Shown here: positions 10,761-22,440 of the stretch, one piece after another | Position numbering within the stretch: position 1 is the stretch's first letter | Layout of the letters: the number at the start of each line of letters is the position of its first letter | DNA from: Conidiobolus incongruus B7586 | Lineage: Eukaryota | Assembly: GCA_000697335.1 (NCBI GenBank) | Contig: JNEM01008304.1 | Span: 1 to 34,898, forward strand | Direction of reading: 5' to 3' | DNA length: 34,898 nt | Position numbers and translations under genes: made by a program | The notes under the pieces: generated by a model | Told to the model about the DNA's origin: nothing | The model's database searches: none | What the model saw: only the letters and a program-made list of their open reading frames with translations

Positions 10761-13033
10761 AAAATTTTCTTACAGGTCTTAATTAATATTTATTTTTAAA
10801 ATAAAAAATTTTAAATTACATAAAAGCATTTTAGTTTTATAATATTATTACAAATACGAAATTTCATATCAAAATTTTATGATGACAAGCAAAATATCAT
10901 TCATATCGAGTCATAAAATTATATATAATCAATGCGGTGTAAAAAATCTTCAAATAAAACGAAATATATTATTCAATAATAAAAATTGTTCATAATAAAT
11001 TTATATGTTGGTTTACTGTCAAATTACCAAATATTTTGATAAACCCGGTTACTTGAAAATTACATTATATATCACACTATTATACAGAAAATTGCAATAT
11101 AAGTATTTTGCATATATGTTTTTTCCCAGTAATGCGATAAACCTATAATATTATATTTAAGCATTATATTTTCAAACATTGAAATTTAATTGAAAGATTA
11201 GAAAATTATTTTTTTAAGAATATATACCAGAAAGGAGTTTATTGAACTGAGTTAAATTTCAAAATATATAAATATAATTTAAATATTATAGTAAATTCGA
11301 CACTGGGTCTTATATTTATTAAACAGATTGGCTGATTTAACACTTAGGAGTAGTTTTGAAGCTATATGGTTATTACGAAATATCAAATAAGCTCCAAATA
11401 ATTCATTATTCATATTTTTCGACATAATTATAATATCATTTTTTAATAATTTTTAATATTTTGAATTTGAATATTTGATAGAGAAAAATTTGTGATACCG
11501 AATTATTTTAAATTCTATTACTTTAATGCTATTTTATATTAATTTATATTCACAATAACATTAAACATTAACAATGTGGTGTAATTTTCATTAGATTATT
11601 CATAATATATTAACTTATGCTGTTGATGTATATTAATTGGTAACTTTCTCTAATAAAAATAAACCTCGATAAATTCGAATCGATTTCAATATAAATGCAA
11701 TCTTCATGTTAATCGCTGTATATTAAATACATATATATTTCACCAAAATAAAATTACTACTAATTGATAAGATTTAATTATTATAATAGATTAAATATTT
11801 ACTGTTAGATTCATTTTTAAATATCTGAAAAATCTCAAAACACATGTATTATTTTATGTAGTAACACTATAATACTTTTGTATTATCATATCCTTATAAT
11901 AAAGTATATTATTATTTAATAAATATTATATAGAAAATTGGGAATTATACTATACAATGATATTAATATTTTAAATTTAATTTTGTGGTATATGCTTAAA
12001 CCATAATTTTTTGCAATCAATATCTAATATATTTCTTAATTTTTCTGCTCTACAATGGATATAATATATTATTTAATGCTGACAAACATGATGTAGCACT
12101 ACTTAAATTAAATGAAAAATAATGTTTCTATATTCTAACTTTATTATAAACAATAAAATTTTGTTTACAAAGTTAATCTTCAAAATATACTACAAATGGC
12201 ATCATATTCCTAAAAAATTGTCATTAAAATGTTTTTTTTAATTTAGCACCTCATCTATTTAAAATCACAATAAAAACTAACATTGAAGTAATTGCTCTCT
12301 TGAGAAAATATATTTATCCTCAAATTCAATTGGTATAGAGATTTAAAATACCTATTGATATAAAATTATATACTTTGTGAATGATTACTGTTCAGTTTAG
12401 TATTCATTGATTATAATGAATTTTTGAAAAATATCTAATAATCCAATTTCAGTAGCTTTATATCTAAAATTTTGTATCATTTTTTATCAAGATGAATTTG
12501 TAAACTTGTGGAAATGATTATGACATTACAGGTTATAAATGCAATATTTGGATATTAGCTTTATTATAAATGACTATTTAAATAAATATATTTTCTTTTT
12601 AACTTGGACAGATTTCTATTATGGATTTTTGTAAGATTTTAAATAGTTGACCAAAAGAATAGGTGAGCTCTAAGAATCAAACATTTAACTTTAGTTAAAA
12701 TATCCAAGATAATAATTATTATAAATCACTGATTATTAAATATAGTTTTCGTATACTACTCCAATTACATAATTACTATCCAAGATAAGTGATCATTATT
12801 TATGAATATAATTACACAAATATATTTTCAATTGGTTTAACTAATTAATAAATTCTATTAATAAATGTTAGCATCTAAATAATTTAAAATAAGTTTTTTA
12901 TTTTTGAGAATTGATATAATTTTATTACTATAGAATTCTAGAAAATTATAGAGCTCATCTGATTGAAATAGCTTAGATTGTAATATATTGGATAATAAAT
13001 CTTAAACAATTTGTATGGTGAATATCAGATATT

Positions 13034-13310
13034 ATGAGATTCCAAAGTGCTACTCTTGACATCATTTCTAGCCTCGGGTTTCTATTCTATAAGGAGGCTT
13101 TACCTTAATTGGCCATTACTTGCGACACATGTTGTAATATTTATCAATCTTAATGACTAAATTCAATGGCTTATTCCAAACACCAATTTAGCCAATAAAC
13201 CCTCAAATACACTTACTTACTATTAGGTAACAACAATAGCCATTACCCCTCACATTACACCATCCGTAATACCTATAAAGAAACTACAATATGAGTTGAT
13301 TTCGTATTAA
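13034..13310 (+). pseudogene. Possible decayed small secreted-protein gene
   Basis: Locally GC-richer island. ATG at 13034 gives MRFQSATLDIISSLGFLFYKEALP then TAA (signal-peptide-like), followed by a possible GT..AG intron. No family recognised. Confidence 0.2.
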
Positions 13311-14039
13311 ATATAATTTTTAACGAGATAACTTTAAATGATCTTATATTTTCTAAAAGGTGTAAATAAAAAATTAGTCTTCAAATATTCATATAAATCA
13401 TTATACATTTATAGCAATTTTAATTGTATTCCCTTAATAAATAAATATAAACTATTATAAATATCAAACATTAGATATATCAATTGAATTTAATCATCTA
13501 GATAGTTTGTTCCACGATATCCACTATGAAATTTCTCAAGTTCAAGTTTATGGAAAATAAAATTTTTTAACTATTGGTACAAAAAATTTAAGCAAAACCA
13601 AATTATAACTCAGGAATTATCATCCTCAACTGAGTTAATTTATCTGATGCTTTGATTTGAAAGCATTTACTTTTATTAAACTGCTACAAATACTACGAAT
13701 AATTATTACCATATTGGTTGTCTTCAGATTTTGATCTTTGATGATTATAGTAATATTTGGATAGATATGTTTTATTGTGGTAAAATAGTGAACTTGAGTA
13801 AATTTTAATAATGTTGTCGCTATAGCCGATTTCTAGGTGGAAATTCGAGTTAGTGTATCAAGTCGATTACTCTGGAAAATGACATAAATTCATATTAAAG
13901 TCACTATGGGGATTGGATTCAAATAAAATCATATTTATATTCATATTGATTAATGTTATCGTTTAAAATATTTTGTAGTTTATTTAATTAATTTTTGATT
14001 ATTATTTTCAATAAGATTTTAAATATAGAATCTTAACTT

Positions 14040-15586
14040 TTGGTGACTGTGGTTGAAGTTAAGAAGTTACCGAGTACAATACCTCAAGATTTAAATGTGA
14101 ATCAAAGTGCTGTAGAACCCATACAACTCTTTAACAAACGAATATTTACGATAATCATTGAAATTTTCTTAAGTATTTTCTTTGCAGCTATTGACCAGAC
14201 CATCTTTTCCACGGCTAATGAAGTGATTACGGAAGATTTTAATGGTTAAGATTCCCTCTCATGGGTTGCTACGTTGTATATTATGACCATTGTAGTGTAA
14301 TCTCCTCTCCATTGTAAACTTTCGGATATCTTTGGCAGGAAAATCTCTATGCTCTTTTCTTTCTTCTCTTTTTCTGTTTGTAGCTTGGGATGTGTATTGG
14401 TTTAGCTCTTATTGTAATGCTAATTGTTTTTCGTGCTATTGCAGGCTTTGATTGTGGCGGTATGATCTCTGTTTTTTTATTATTATATGTGATATCGTCA
14501 AATTGGAACAAAGAGCTATGTGTCTTGGATTAATTAATGTTGGTTTCGCTATCAGTAATATATTAGAACTCATTCTAGGAGGTGCTATCGTTGATTATAT
14601 CATTTGGTGATTTATTTTCTAAATAAATTTACCTGTTATTTCTATTTTAGCAAAAATTGCTTTTTATTGTCCTCGTTTTGAAGTGAAGGATCTTTACTAA
14701 TTAAAATGAATTGATATACTAAGCATTCTTATTCTCAGTATGTCGATTGTTCTCTTGTGCTAAGTACTACATAGTGTGGTAAAGACTATCCTTGGCCTTT
14801 ATACCAAGTATTAATTCCACTATGTTTGACTTTTGTTTCTTTGATCGTTTTTGCTTATATTGAATGCAAGATTGCTCAGGAACCTATTTTACCACCCAAA
14901 ATGTTTAATCATAACGTAATTATATGTTGTATTTTGGATTTGGTATTAGGTCTCAATCAATTTACAATCGTTCAATATCTTCCAGTATGTTATCAAATTC
15001 TTCGTAGCTTTGTCAGCGAATCAAGCTATCAACTGAGCCCATTTTTAGTAATTGTATCAATTGTTGCCAAGATAGCTGGATATGTGGGAAGTAAACTTTA
15101 ATTTTCAGAATTCCTATTTCAATTAGAATAGCCCTTGTGATGGATGGCACTGGTTTGCTTTGAGTGATATTTCCTCCTTTACCCATTTGGTGTATGGTAT
15201 TATTCCCGATTGTCTTAGCAACTAAATTCCGCTTCGGTATACAAAAAATTTTAGTTGGTATTCAGGCTTCTTTCGCATCAGATTATTTTGCCATTTCACC
15301 TAATATTTTCAATTTTACATTTAATGTTGGTGCTACTATTGGTTTAACTTTTTCTGACGTTATTGTTGATAATATCTTAGTCGATTTCCCATATTTGATT
15401 GGAAGTGGCGGTCACGAAGCAGTTGAAATTACTCTACCAATCCCTGTTGATGCTCAAATTGCATATTATGGTGCTTTGAGAGGGATATTTTACTTTTTGC
15501 TAGGTATCAGTGTATTTGGATTTATACTAAGTTTGCTACTTAAGTATCTATCTTTGCCTGGAATTTCTACAAACCTTGGGCATTAA
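14040..15586 (+). pseudogene. Pseudogenised tandem paralog of the MFS transporter
   Basis: Collinear with 9171-10760 (DQTIFSTANEVITED, AQEPILPPKMFN, DFPYLIGSGGH, AYYGALRGIFYFLLGIS). It has stops (e.g. 14247, 14298, 14608, 14772, 15099), frameshifts and no evident ATG. Confidence 0.95.
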
Positions 15587-16081
15587 AATATTCCAGATAA
15601 TTATTAATTCATATTTAAATAAAATCATACCTACATGATACTTTTGATTTCAAAAACATTCATTTTAAAAAATACTGTAACTTATATCGTAGTTTGAATA
15701 CTTAATATTAATTAAACAAAGTAATATTTTAATATTTAATAGAATGATATAAAAAATAATATAAAAAATTTATTTATATAATTAATTCAATTTATCAATA
15801 AAAATTTTATTATTTTCATATACTAAAAAAAGATTTGTTGATAATATTTCATGAATAATTGATTGCAATGTGAAAAATTTAATAACATAATGGCATTAAA
15901 GGTCTAGAGAAAAAATTTGAAATAATAAAATAGAGGGATGTGGGATATTAAGATGGATAGAATTGAAATTACAATTAGGAATGAAAAATAAATAGAAGAT
16001 ATTAATAAGATGAAAATTTTTAAGAAAAGTGAAAAAAATAACTAATATTTGAGATAGAAAAAAGTTTATATTTACAAATAT

Positions 16082-16391
16082 TATCCATATCCACTATGAC
16101 ACAGTTCTCAGTGGCATCACCACTGAAATCATGATCTACAGGGAGTTGTCACCAATCCATGACCCACACAACTAGGACTATGCTGTATACTGGTGGATGA
16201 ACCACTAATAAACAGAAATATATTAAGGTAAATAAGTAAGGTTTATTGTAGATATTGAGCACAATAACAAGCTGAAGCTTAGTTATTGTACCAAAGATGG
16301 TATTTATATAGTAATACCAGTATTGAGATGTAAACACATGATATGATTCTATTGGCTGGATGGTAGGAGAAACAGGATCAGATCTCTTACA
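16082..16391 (-). mobile_element. LTR-like relic immediately upstream of tRNA-Lys
   Basis: ~36% GC island with zero CpG (hand count 55 C, 59 G in 16081-16400). The minus strand begins TGTAAGAGA at 16391, like the TGTTAAGAGA/TGATAAGAGA LTR ends in this window. CCAAT (16351-16355), TATATAAATA (16311-16320) and AATAAA (16242-16247) follow in LTR order. Left boundary and TSD are unresolved. Confidence 0.6.
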
Positions 16392-16401
16392 CATCAAATA
16401 T

Positions 16402-16474
16402 GCCCGGCTAGCTCAATCGGTAGAGCGTGAGACTCTTAATCTCAAGGTTGTGGGTTCGACCCCCACGTTGGGTG
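16402..16474 (+). tRNA. tRNA-Lys (CTT)
   Basis: Cloverleaf GCCCGGC..GTTGGGT-G; anticodon arm TGAGA-CT-CTT-AA-TCTCA; T-loop GGTTCGAC; no intron. Confidence 0.96.
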
Positions 16475-16606
16475 ATGTATCGATTTTAATAATACATTTT
16501 GTCATTATTCTCACTATCTTTCAATTCCATCAAGTATAATATCTAACACATCATTTATTGTATTTATAATTTATAATTATTTTTATTAATTTAAAAATAA
16601 AACAAA

Positions 16607-18509
16607 TTATTTCAATTTTTTAGATTCGAATCGTTGGTACTCGGGAGCTTCGTTACTCATATATATAGCAAAAAAGATTAGTGCGACAAGGATGAAAGGG
16701 ACGCCAATGGTGTAGTAGGGATAGTTGTGATAAAAGGAACTCCATTCGTAGTAGGAAGCTCTCATGATGCGCTTGATATCTTGGCCAAAAGTATTGGTGT
16801 GGAGTTCCAATTTACCTTCACGGGCTTCTTGAGCGAATTTGACGATGGCTTTTTGGTTCACAGGGATGTACTTCTTATGAATGTCGGTGTCATAGTAGGA
16901 CGATTCGTTGTAGTTTAGGAATATCACAATGGGGAGAACGGAGGGGTGCACACCGAAGCTGCCTTTAAGTTTTTCGTTCATTCTGCTAGCTGGATACTTA
17001 GCAAATAACATGTCGCCAAATTCTTTTTCGTGATCGGTTTTCAAGGTATGGGCAATGTCTTCGAAATCTTTAGAGGCTTTGACCTGTTTTTCTTCTTTAT
17101 CGTTGTAGATGATCATAAGAACTTCTTTATCAGTCTTGCTGAAAGTGTTTTCCAAATCTCCTTTGACAACTTCTCTGACGAGTGGATGTTGGTTGTCTTT
17201 CATCCAAGCTAATACATCGTCGGCCTTGGTCAAATCACCATCAAAAATTTGAGCTTTCTTATCCTTGACAACGAAAAGAGTAGGTTTATCTTCAAAGAGG
17301 TAATGATTGGTAACTCTGGTGTCTTCAGTGAAGTAAGTGGGAATTCTCAAGTTCAAATTGGTTAATGATCCAAGAACATCAGGATTGGTTTTCAAGAATG
17401 AGCGATCAGAATTGTAAAATACAAAGAATATTTTACTATCTGATTGCTTGCTGGCGATATCGTCTAAATAGGCGTTTTTGGGGGGAGATAAAGCTTCGAG
17501 AGCGGCTTCTTTCAGTTCTTCTAAGCTTCTGGAAGTATAATGTTCCCTATGAGATCCTTGACGAATGAATAAAAGAGAAGGATAGCCTTTAATGCCATAT
17601 TCAAGACATAATGGTTTTTTATCAGCATCGTCACAGTTCAAGGAACCGACATTGACTTGACCTTTGAGCTCTTCACCTAATTTTTCCCAATCAGGAGCTA
17701 AAAAGTGTATATAATATGAATATATATGTTTATATAATTACATGTGTTGATTTACCTAAATTTCTACAATGACCACACCAAGGAGCGTAAAATTTAACAA
17801 ACCAAGGGCCAGATGAAACACTCTGCCAATTCTGTAAGAACACACTGAGTAACTAATACAATAATTACATTTACCTCTTTGAAATTAGCAGCTGTTAATT
17901 CGACAGTCTTGCCCTCGGGATTGGGAACAGGTTCCTGATATTCAGCTTCAGCAGCCTGTTCTTGAACTACAGTACTATCATTAGTAGCTTCAGTCTTAGC
18001 ACTGAACTTTTCAGCTTGAGCCTTTGCAAATTGTTCCAAATCGTCTACTTCCCTATTACCGTTATACTCCTCAATGTATTTTCCATTATGAAAAACATAA
18101 AGAGTGGGATAAGAGTCAATTTCCATATTTTTACAGAGGTCAAAATACTTGCTACAGTGGACTGATGCGAAATTGAAATCGTTTTCCTTACTCCATTCAG
18201 TTAATTGGGAGCTCACAGTTTTCCAATTTGGTGCTAACATTGATGAATGAATTTCAAAGAGCAAATCGAATAATATGAAGTTTTTCACGTTTACCTAGTC
18301 TTTCACACCATTTACAGCCGTCGATATAAAATTTGACGAACCTAAAACATCAATCAATAAAACTTAAATTCAATAATATGGTTGACTTACCAAGTACCAT
18401 GTTGAATAGTATCCAACATATTACCATCGTCAAGCTCAACATTTTCAGCATTTACAAAATGAATCGCTGAAAATAGTGTTAATCGACTTAACCAATTAGT
18501 TATTTTCAT
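16607..18509 (-). CDS. Membrane-anchored protein disulfide isomerase-family protein (Eps1/TMX-like architecture)
   Basis: Exons 18509-18391, 18341-18295, 18233-17875, 17831(or 17822)-17756, 17697-16607; GT-AG introns; ~563 aa. Signal peptide MKITNWLSRLTLFSAIHFVNA. Trx domains WFVKFYIDGCKWC and WFVKFYAPWCGHC. C-terminal TM helix and KKLK dilysine ER motif. Confidence 0.9.
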
Positions 18510-20014
18510 TATTCAATATATATATATATTATATTTGATTATAAATATTATTATTTCAAATAAAAATATAATGAAATGAAAGTGGAATTTTTATCTTTTT
18601 ATACTGAATTTTGGGGTGAGGACTATTTAGTTGATTTGAAATGAAATTGAGGTCACATGTTTCAAAATTAATGATCAAATTGGTATTAATTTCAATATAT
18701 ACACTTTTTTACAATTTTGCTATAATATTCTATATATATATTCTATCCAAAGAATAATATTTATATCATTTTGATTCTGCTACATTTGATATTATTAGCA
18801 AAGAATCTTTTTAGGTAAATTATTAGATGATTAATATCTTTTACATTTTTTAAAATTAACATTATTGAATCCATTAGTTATGAAAATAATATTTGTAAAG
18901 CTATTACAATGTCTACAAATTGATTAATAGGGTATTATTCTATAACATAATACCTTAATCTAACTATTATTTGGATATTATCTCTTTTTAACTGAGATGC
19001 TCTGTAGAATTTAATCATATGATAACCAATTTTTTGAGGGTTCAAATTTGAAAACAATGTTGAATTTTGATTTTACTATAAAAAATCCTCAAAATGATTT
19101 GAAATTTAAATAAATTTAAAACAATTTTAATGTATCTAAAGAAAAGAATGATTTCTCTGATATTTTATTTTAGTATAATATTGAATATTTAGATGTAATT
19201 CATATTTTAATTGTTATACTGATAAGAATATTTGGATTCGTCAATTCAAAAAAGATTTGGTTTAATGTTATCAAAAAATATAATTCTAATAATTTGGTTA
19301 TCAAGAATATAATTATTATATATTGAATTTTAAAGATAATTGAAAAATTTTGGTTGTTAAATTTCCATATTTATAATAATACAAATTGTATTTAATTTTT
19401 GGAATGAATTGAAGTATTTATTATGAGAAAGCAATTGCAAGTGACTGAATTATATTGAAATTTAATGACAGGATTATTGTTAAACAGAGAAATTGTATTG
19501 TGTTATACAATTATGTTGTAACATATAACTGATATACATCATATATTTTAACCATATTAATTACAATCTAATGATTGAAACCAGTATTTATGTTGTGGAA
19601 AAAATTTCTGCAAATAGAATGATGTAATAAAAGAATCAATGTTGATTGATGTACCTCGGATTAAATTTGAACACAAAGAATGTTAAATCTAAAATAATTC
19701 AACATATTCATGAATTCAAGTAACCTTAGTTTATCCTCCAACTTTGACTAATAAACTAAATGAAATTACCCTATAATATTCTTATATCAATATTTAAAGA
19801 TGTATTTTCATATTAATAGTTCAAGTATCCCATAAATGCAAATAAAATATATAAGTCACATTATTCCTATTTGGTGCATTGAATATCTAAAATATTCGTA
19901 AAATTTAATCTCCTTAACTTTGAATTCATACCATTTAATTAATCAACTACAACAACAAGAACAACAATAATAATATAATATAATATATATAAAATATTAA
20001 ATAAAATAAAGTAA

Positions 20015-20992
20015 ATGATGTCACAATTTGAAAATTCCAAACCTTCACCATCTCCACAATCTCGTCCATTACCCCATCCTGCACTGTACGAAAGTGTGAG
20101 AAAGAAGGGTCCCTTTGCGAACACTACCACAGCTGCTAGTTTTAATTTGGAGGATTTTAGTCATTCGAACACCACTGCTAGGGCGTCGAGAGAAGCCAGT
20201 CCCAAGTATAATACCTATCGCAATTCTACACACTCTCCAAGTCGTCCTCCCCTCAATTCGGTTTTTTCAGATGTTTCATATATGAACGATTCTTCCAACT
20301 CGTCGATACCACTTCTGCCTTCGAAGCCTCAACCTTCCCCGTTGAGTTTGGTTGAAGAGACATTGGATAATGAGGCCAACTCCAGAAAGAATAGTATTAG
20401 TCTTCCTAACGACTTGACAATGGCTCTATTTCGCATTCAAGAACTCGAAAAACAGGTCAAAGTATCACAAGCTAATAACGATACAATATCCAAGCAGTTA
20501 TCTAAAGCCCAGTTTCATATTAACGAGTTGACCAATGAATTAAACGAACTAAACCTACAAAAAACTGATGCCCTATCCAAGTTGAAATCGGTAACGATTC
20601 GATGCATTCAGGCGGAGAAGAGCAACGAGAGTTTGGATAACAAATTACAGATTTACGAGGAGCGTTTGCGACGTCTCGAACTCGAGAATGAGCGCTTGAC
20701 TGACGAGAACGAGCGTCTCAATCTCGAAGCTTCCAGAAATGCCAAATTGGATAGCGACGATTCGGACAAAACGAGAATGATATCGCCAGAGCAGGAGAGT
20801 CTCAAGCGATTGGTTCAAGAAAGGGCACAGTATTCCAAATATGAATTGGAGCGTATTCTTCAAGAAACGAGTGAATTTATGAACAAATTGATATCTAATT
20901 CAAAAGACTTGAAGAAAATCTGTAGGATTTTAGATAATATTGATATTAATTATACAGATTGTGAAGATTCTACATCTACAACGAAATCTTAA
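20015..20992 (+). CDS. Uncharacterised protein: Ser/Pro-rich N-terminus plus long coiled coil
   Basis: 325-aa ORF with coding-like GC against AT-rich flanks; heptad-like E/K/L/Q-rich C-terminal half. Confidence 0.85.
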   Translation: MMSQFENSKPSPSPQSRPLPHPALYESVRKKGPFANTTTAASFNLEDFSHSNTTARASREASPKYNTYRNSTHSPSRPPLNSVFSDVSYMNDSSNSSIPLLPSKPQPSPLSLVEETLDNEANSRKNSISLPNDLTMALFRIQELEKQVKVSQANNDTISKQLSKAQFHINELTNELNELNLQKTDALSKLKSVTIRCIQAEKSNESLDNKLQIYEERLRRLELENERLTDENERLNLEASRNAKLDSDDSDKTRMISPEQESLKRLVQERAQYSKYELERILQETSEFMNKLISNSKDLKKICRILDNIDINYTDCEDSTSTTKS

Positions 20993-21714
20993 TCTCACGC
21001 TATAAATAATCACACTACTATATGTATTTAATTAATTAATGAATACAATCGGAATTTAGCATCATATCAAGTCTACCCTGACATGATGATTTTGTAATTA
21101 CATCTTAGTAAATATTTTATTTTTTGAATTATTGAAATTAATATTATCCTATATTCAATTATAAATATTTATTATCTTATTTCTAAAGTTTTTAATATTT
21201 CTTATTTCGTAATAATAATAAATAAATACTTTATTTCTTTATTTATTATTGATTACATATTAATCCTGTTAATTTATAAGATTGTTAAATATTTATCATT
21301 TAATAAGTTTATAAAAATAATGGAATATTTATTTAAACTGTTACAGGTGTAATATTGATTCAAAATATTTATTTAATTTACTCATATCTGTCATATTAAT
21401 TGTAAAATGTAAATTCAGATTTATATATTATGGTTACAATGAGGAAAATCATATGAAACATATTTGACCTATTAGTTGATTGAACTATTAACAGAAAAGA
21501 AAATTTTGATTAAATGCGATAGAAAAATTTTCAACCAAAGTAGATAATTATATTAAAATAATAAAAGTAATGATAGAAAATAATTAAGGGAATAAAAATT
21601 ATAATAATAGGGAAAACATAAAATTGAGAAAGGTATAAAGAAATTTCCAAATAGGTGACGAAAAATTGATTCATCTTAGAAACTTCATATTGATATCCAA
21701 GTACATAGAGATAT

Positions 21715-21787
21715 GCTTCTTTGGCGCAGTTGGCAGCGCGTGAGTCTCATAATCTCGAGGTCGTCGGTTCGAACCCGACAGGGAGCA
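21715..21787 (+). tRNA. Elongator tRNA-Met (CAT)
   Basis: GCTTCTT..AGGGAGC-A acceptor stem with G1:C72; anticodon loop CT-CAT-AA; normal TTCGAAC T-loop. Confidence 0.95.
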
Positions 21788-21910
21788 TTTCTTATTAAAT
21801 TTAAAAAATATACTTTCTTCTTTTTTCATTCCCATAATACAGTCATTTTATTAATATCATAAAATCATTTTATTTACTGTCTATTTTTGGGTTTATTAGC
21901 AAAAACTAAA

Positions 21911-22270
21911 ATGTCATCATTACAAGGTGTCAAACTCCTGCGATCAATATTTCGTATTCACCGTACTCTACCCAAAGATCTACGATTCCTTGGGGATAAA
22001 TATGTTCTTGAAGAATTCAAACGTCACAAAGATTTACAATTAGGTGATCCATACCTTGAAGGATTCCACCGTCAATGGAATATGTACTTGGTCGAGCTAA
22101 AGCGTCAGCAATTGTTGAATTCAGATGAGGATTGGGGTAAGCCTTTGGGAGAGGAAAAATTGAAGAAATTGGGTGAGGATCAGGTGCATACTTTGTATGA
22201 GTTGTATAGAGAGACTAAAGGTAGAAATGAGGATGCCATTGTTGAAAGTGATCAATCCCATAAGTCTTGA
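21911..22270 (+). CDS. SDH7: Succinate dehydrogenase assembly factor 3 (Sdh7/Acn9, LYR family)
   Basis: First ATG at 21911; LLRSIFRIHRTLPKDLRFLGDKYVLEEFKRHK...F..QW..Y..L and DQVHTLYEL match the SDHAF3 pattern. Confidence 0.9.
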   Translation: MSSLQGVKLLRSIFRIHRTLPKDLRFLGDKYVLEEFKRHKDLQLGDPYLEGFHRQWNMYLVELKRQQLLNSDEDWGKPLGEEKLKKLGEDQVHTLYELYRETKGRNEDAIVESDQSHKS

Positions 22271-22440
22271 TTGTGTATTCGAGATGGTTATACCAGATCG
22301 TCAGGTCATTTAAAGTTGTTTCATTTATAACTTAATTCAAAGCTTATAACGAAAAATTATAATTAAAATTAAAATAATAAAATCAATTGATATTAAATTT
22401 TTTAATATCATATATAAATGAAAAATATATAATTTTAATC

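Noticed and set aside
16111..16122. GTGGCATCACCA as a decayed PBS for tRNA-Ser
   Set aside because: Needs several assumed mutations and the LTR boundary is undefined.
16149..16397. 82-aa minus-strand ORF
   Set aside because: Lies in the LTR-like relic, has no recognisable protein features and is better explained as non-coding.
18700..19700. Patches that read like decayed coding sequence (also ~12000-12700)
   Set aside because: Frequent stops in the frames I read and no recognisable motif; cannot be supported.
21078..21095. CTGA and ATGATGA as snoRNA boxes
   Set aside because: Wrong order for a C/D snoRNA and no terminal stem or guide seen.
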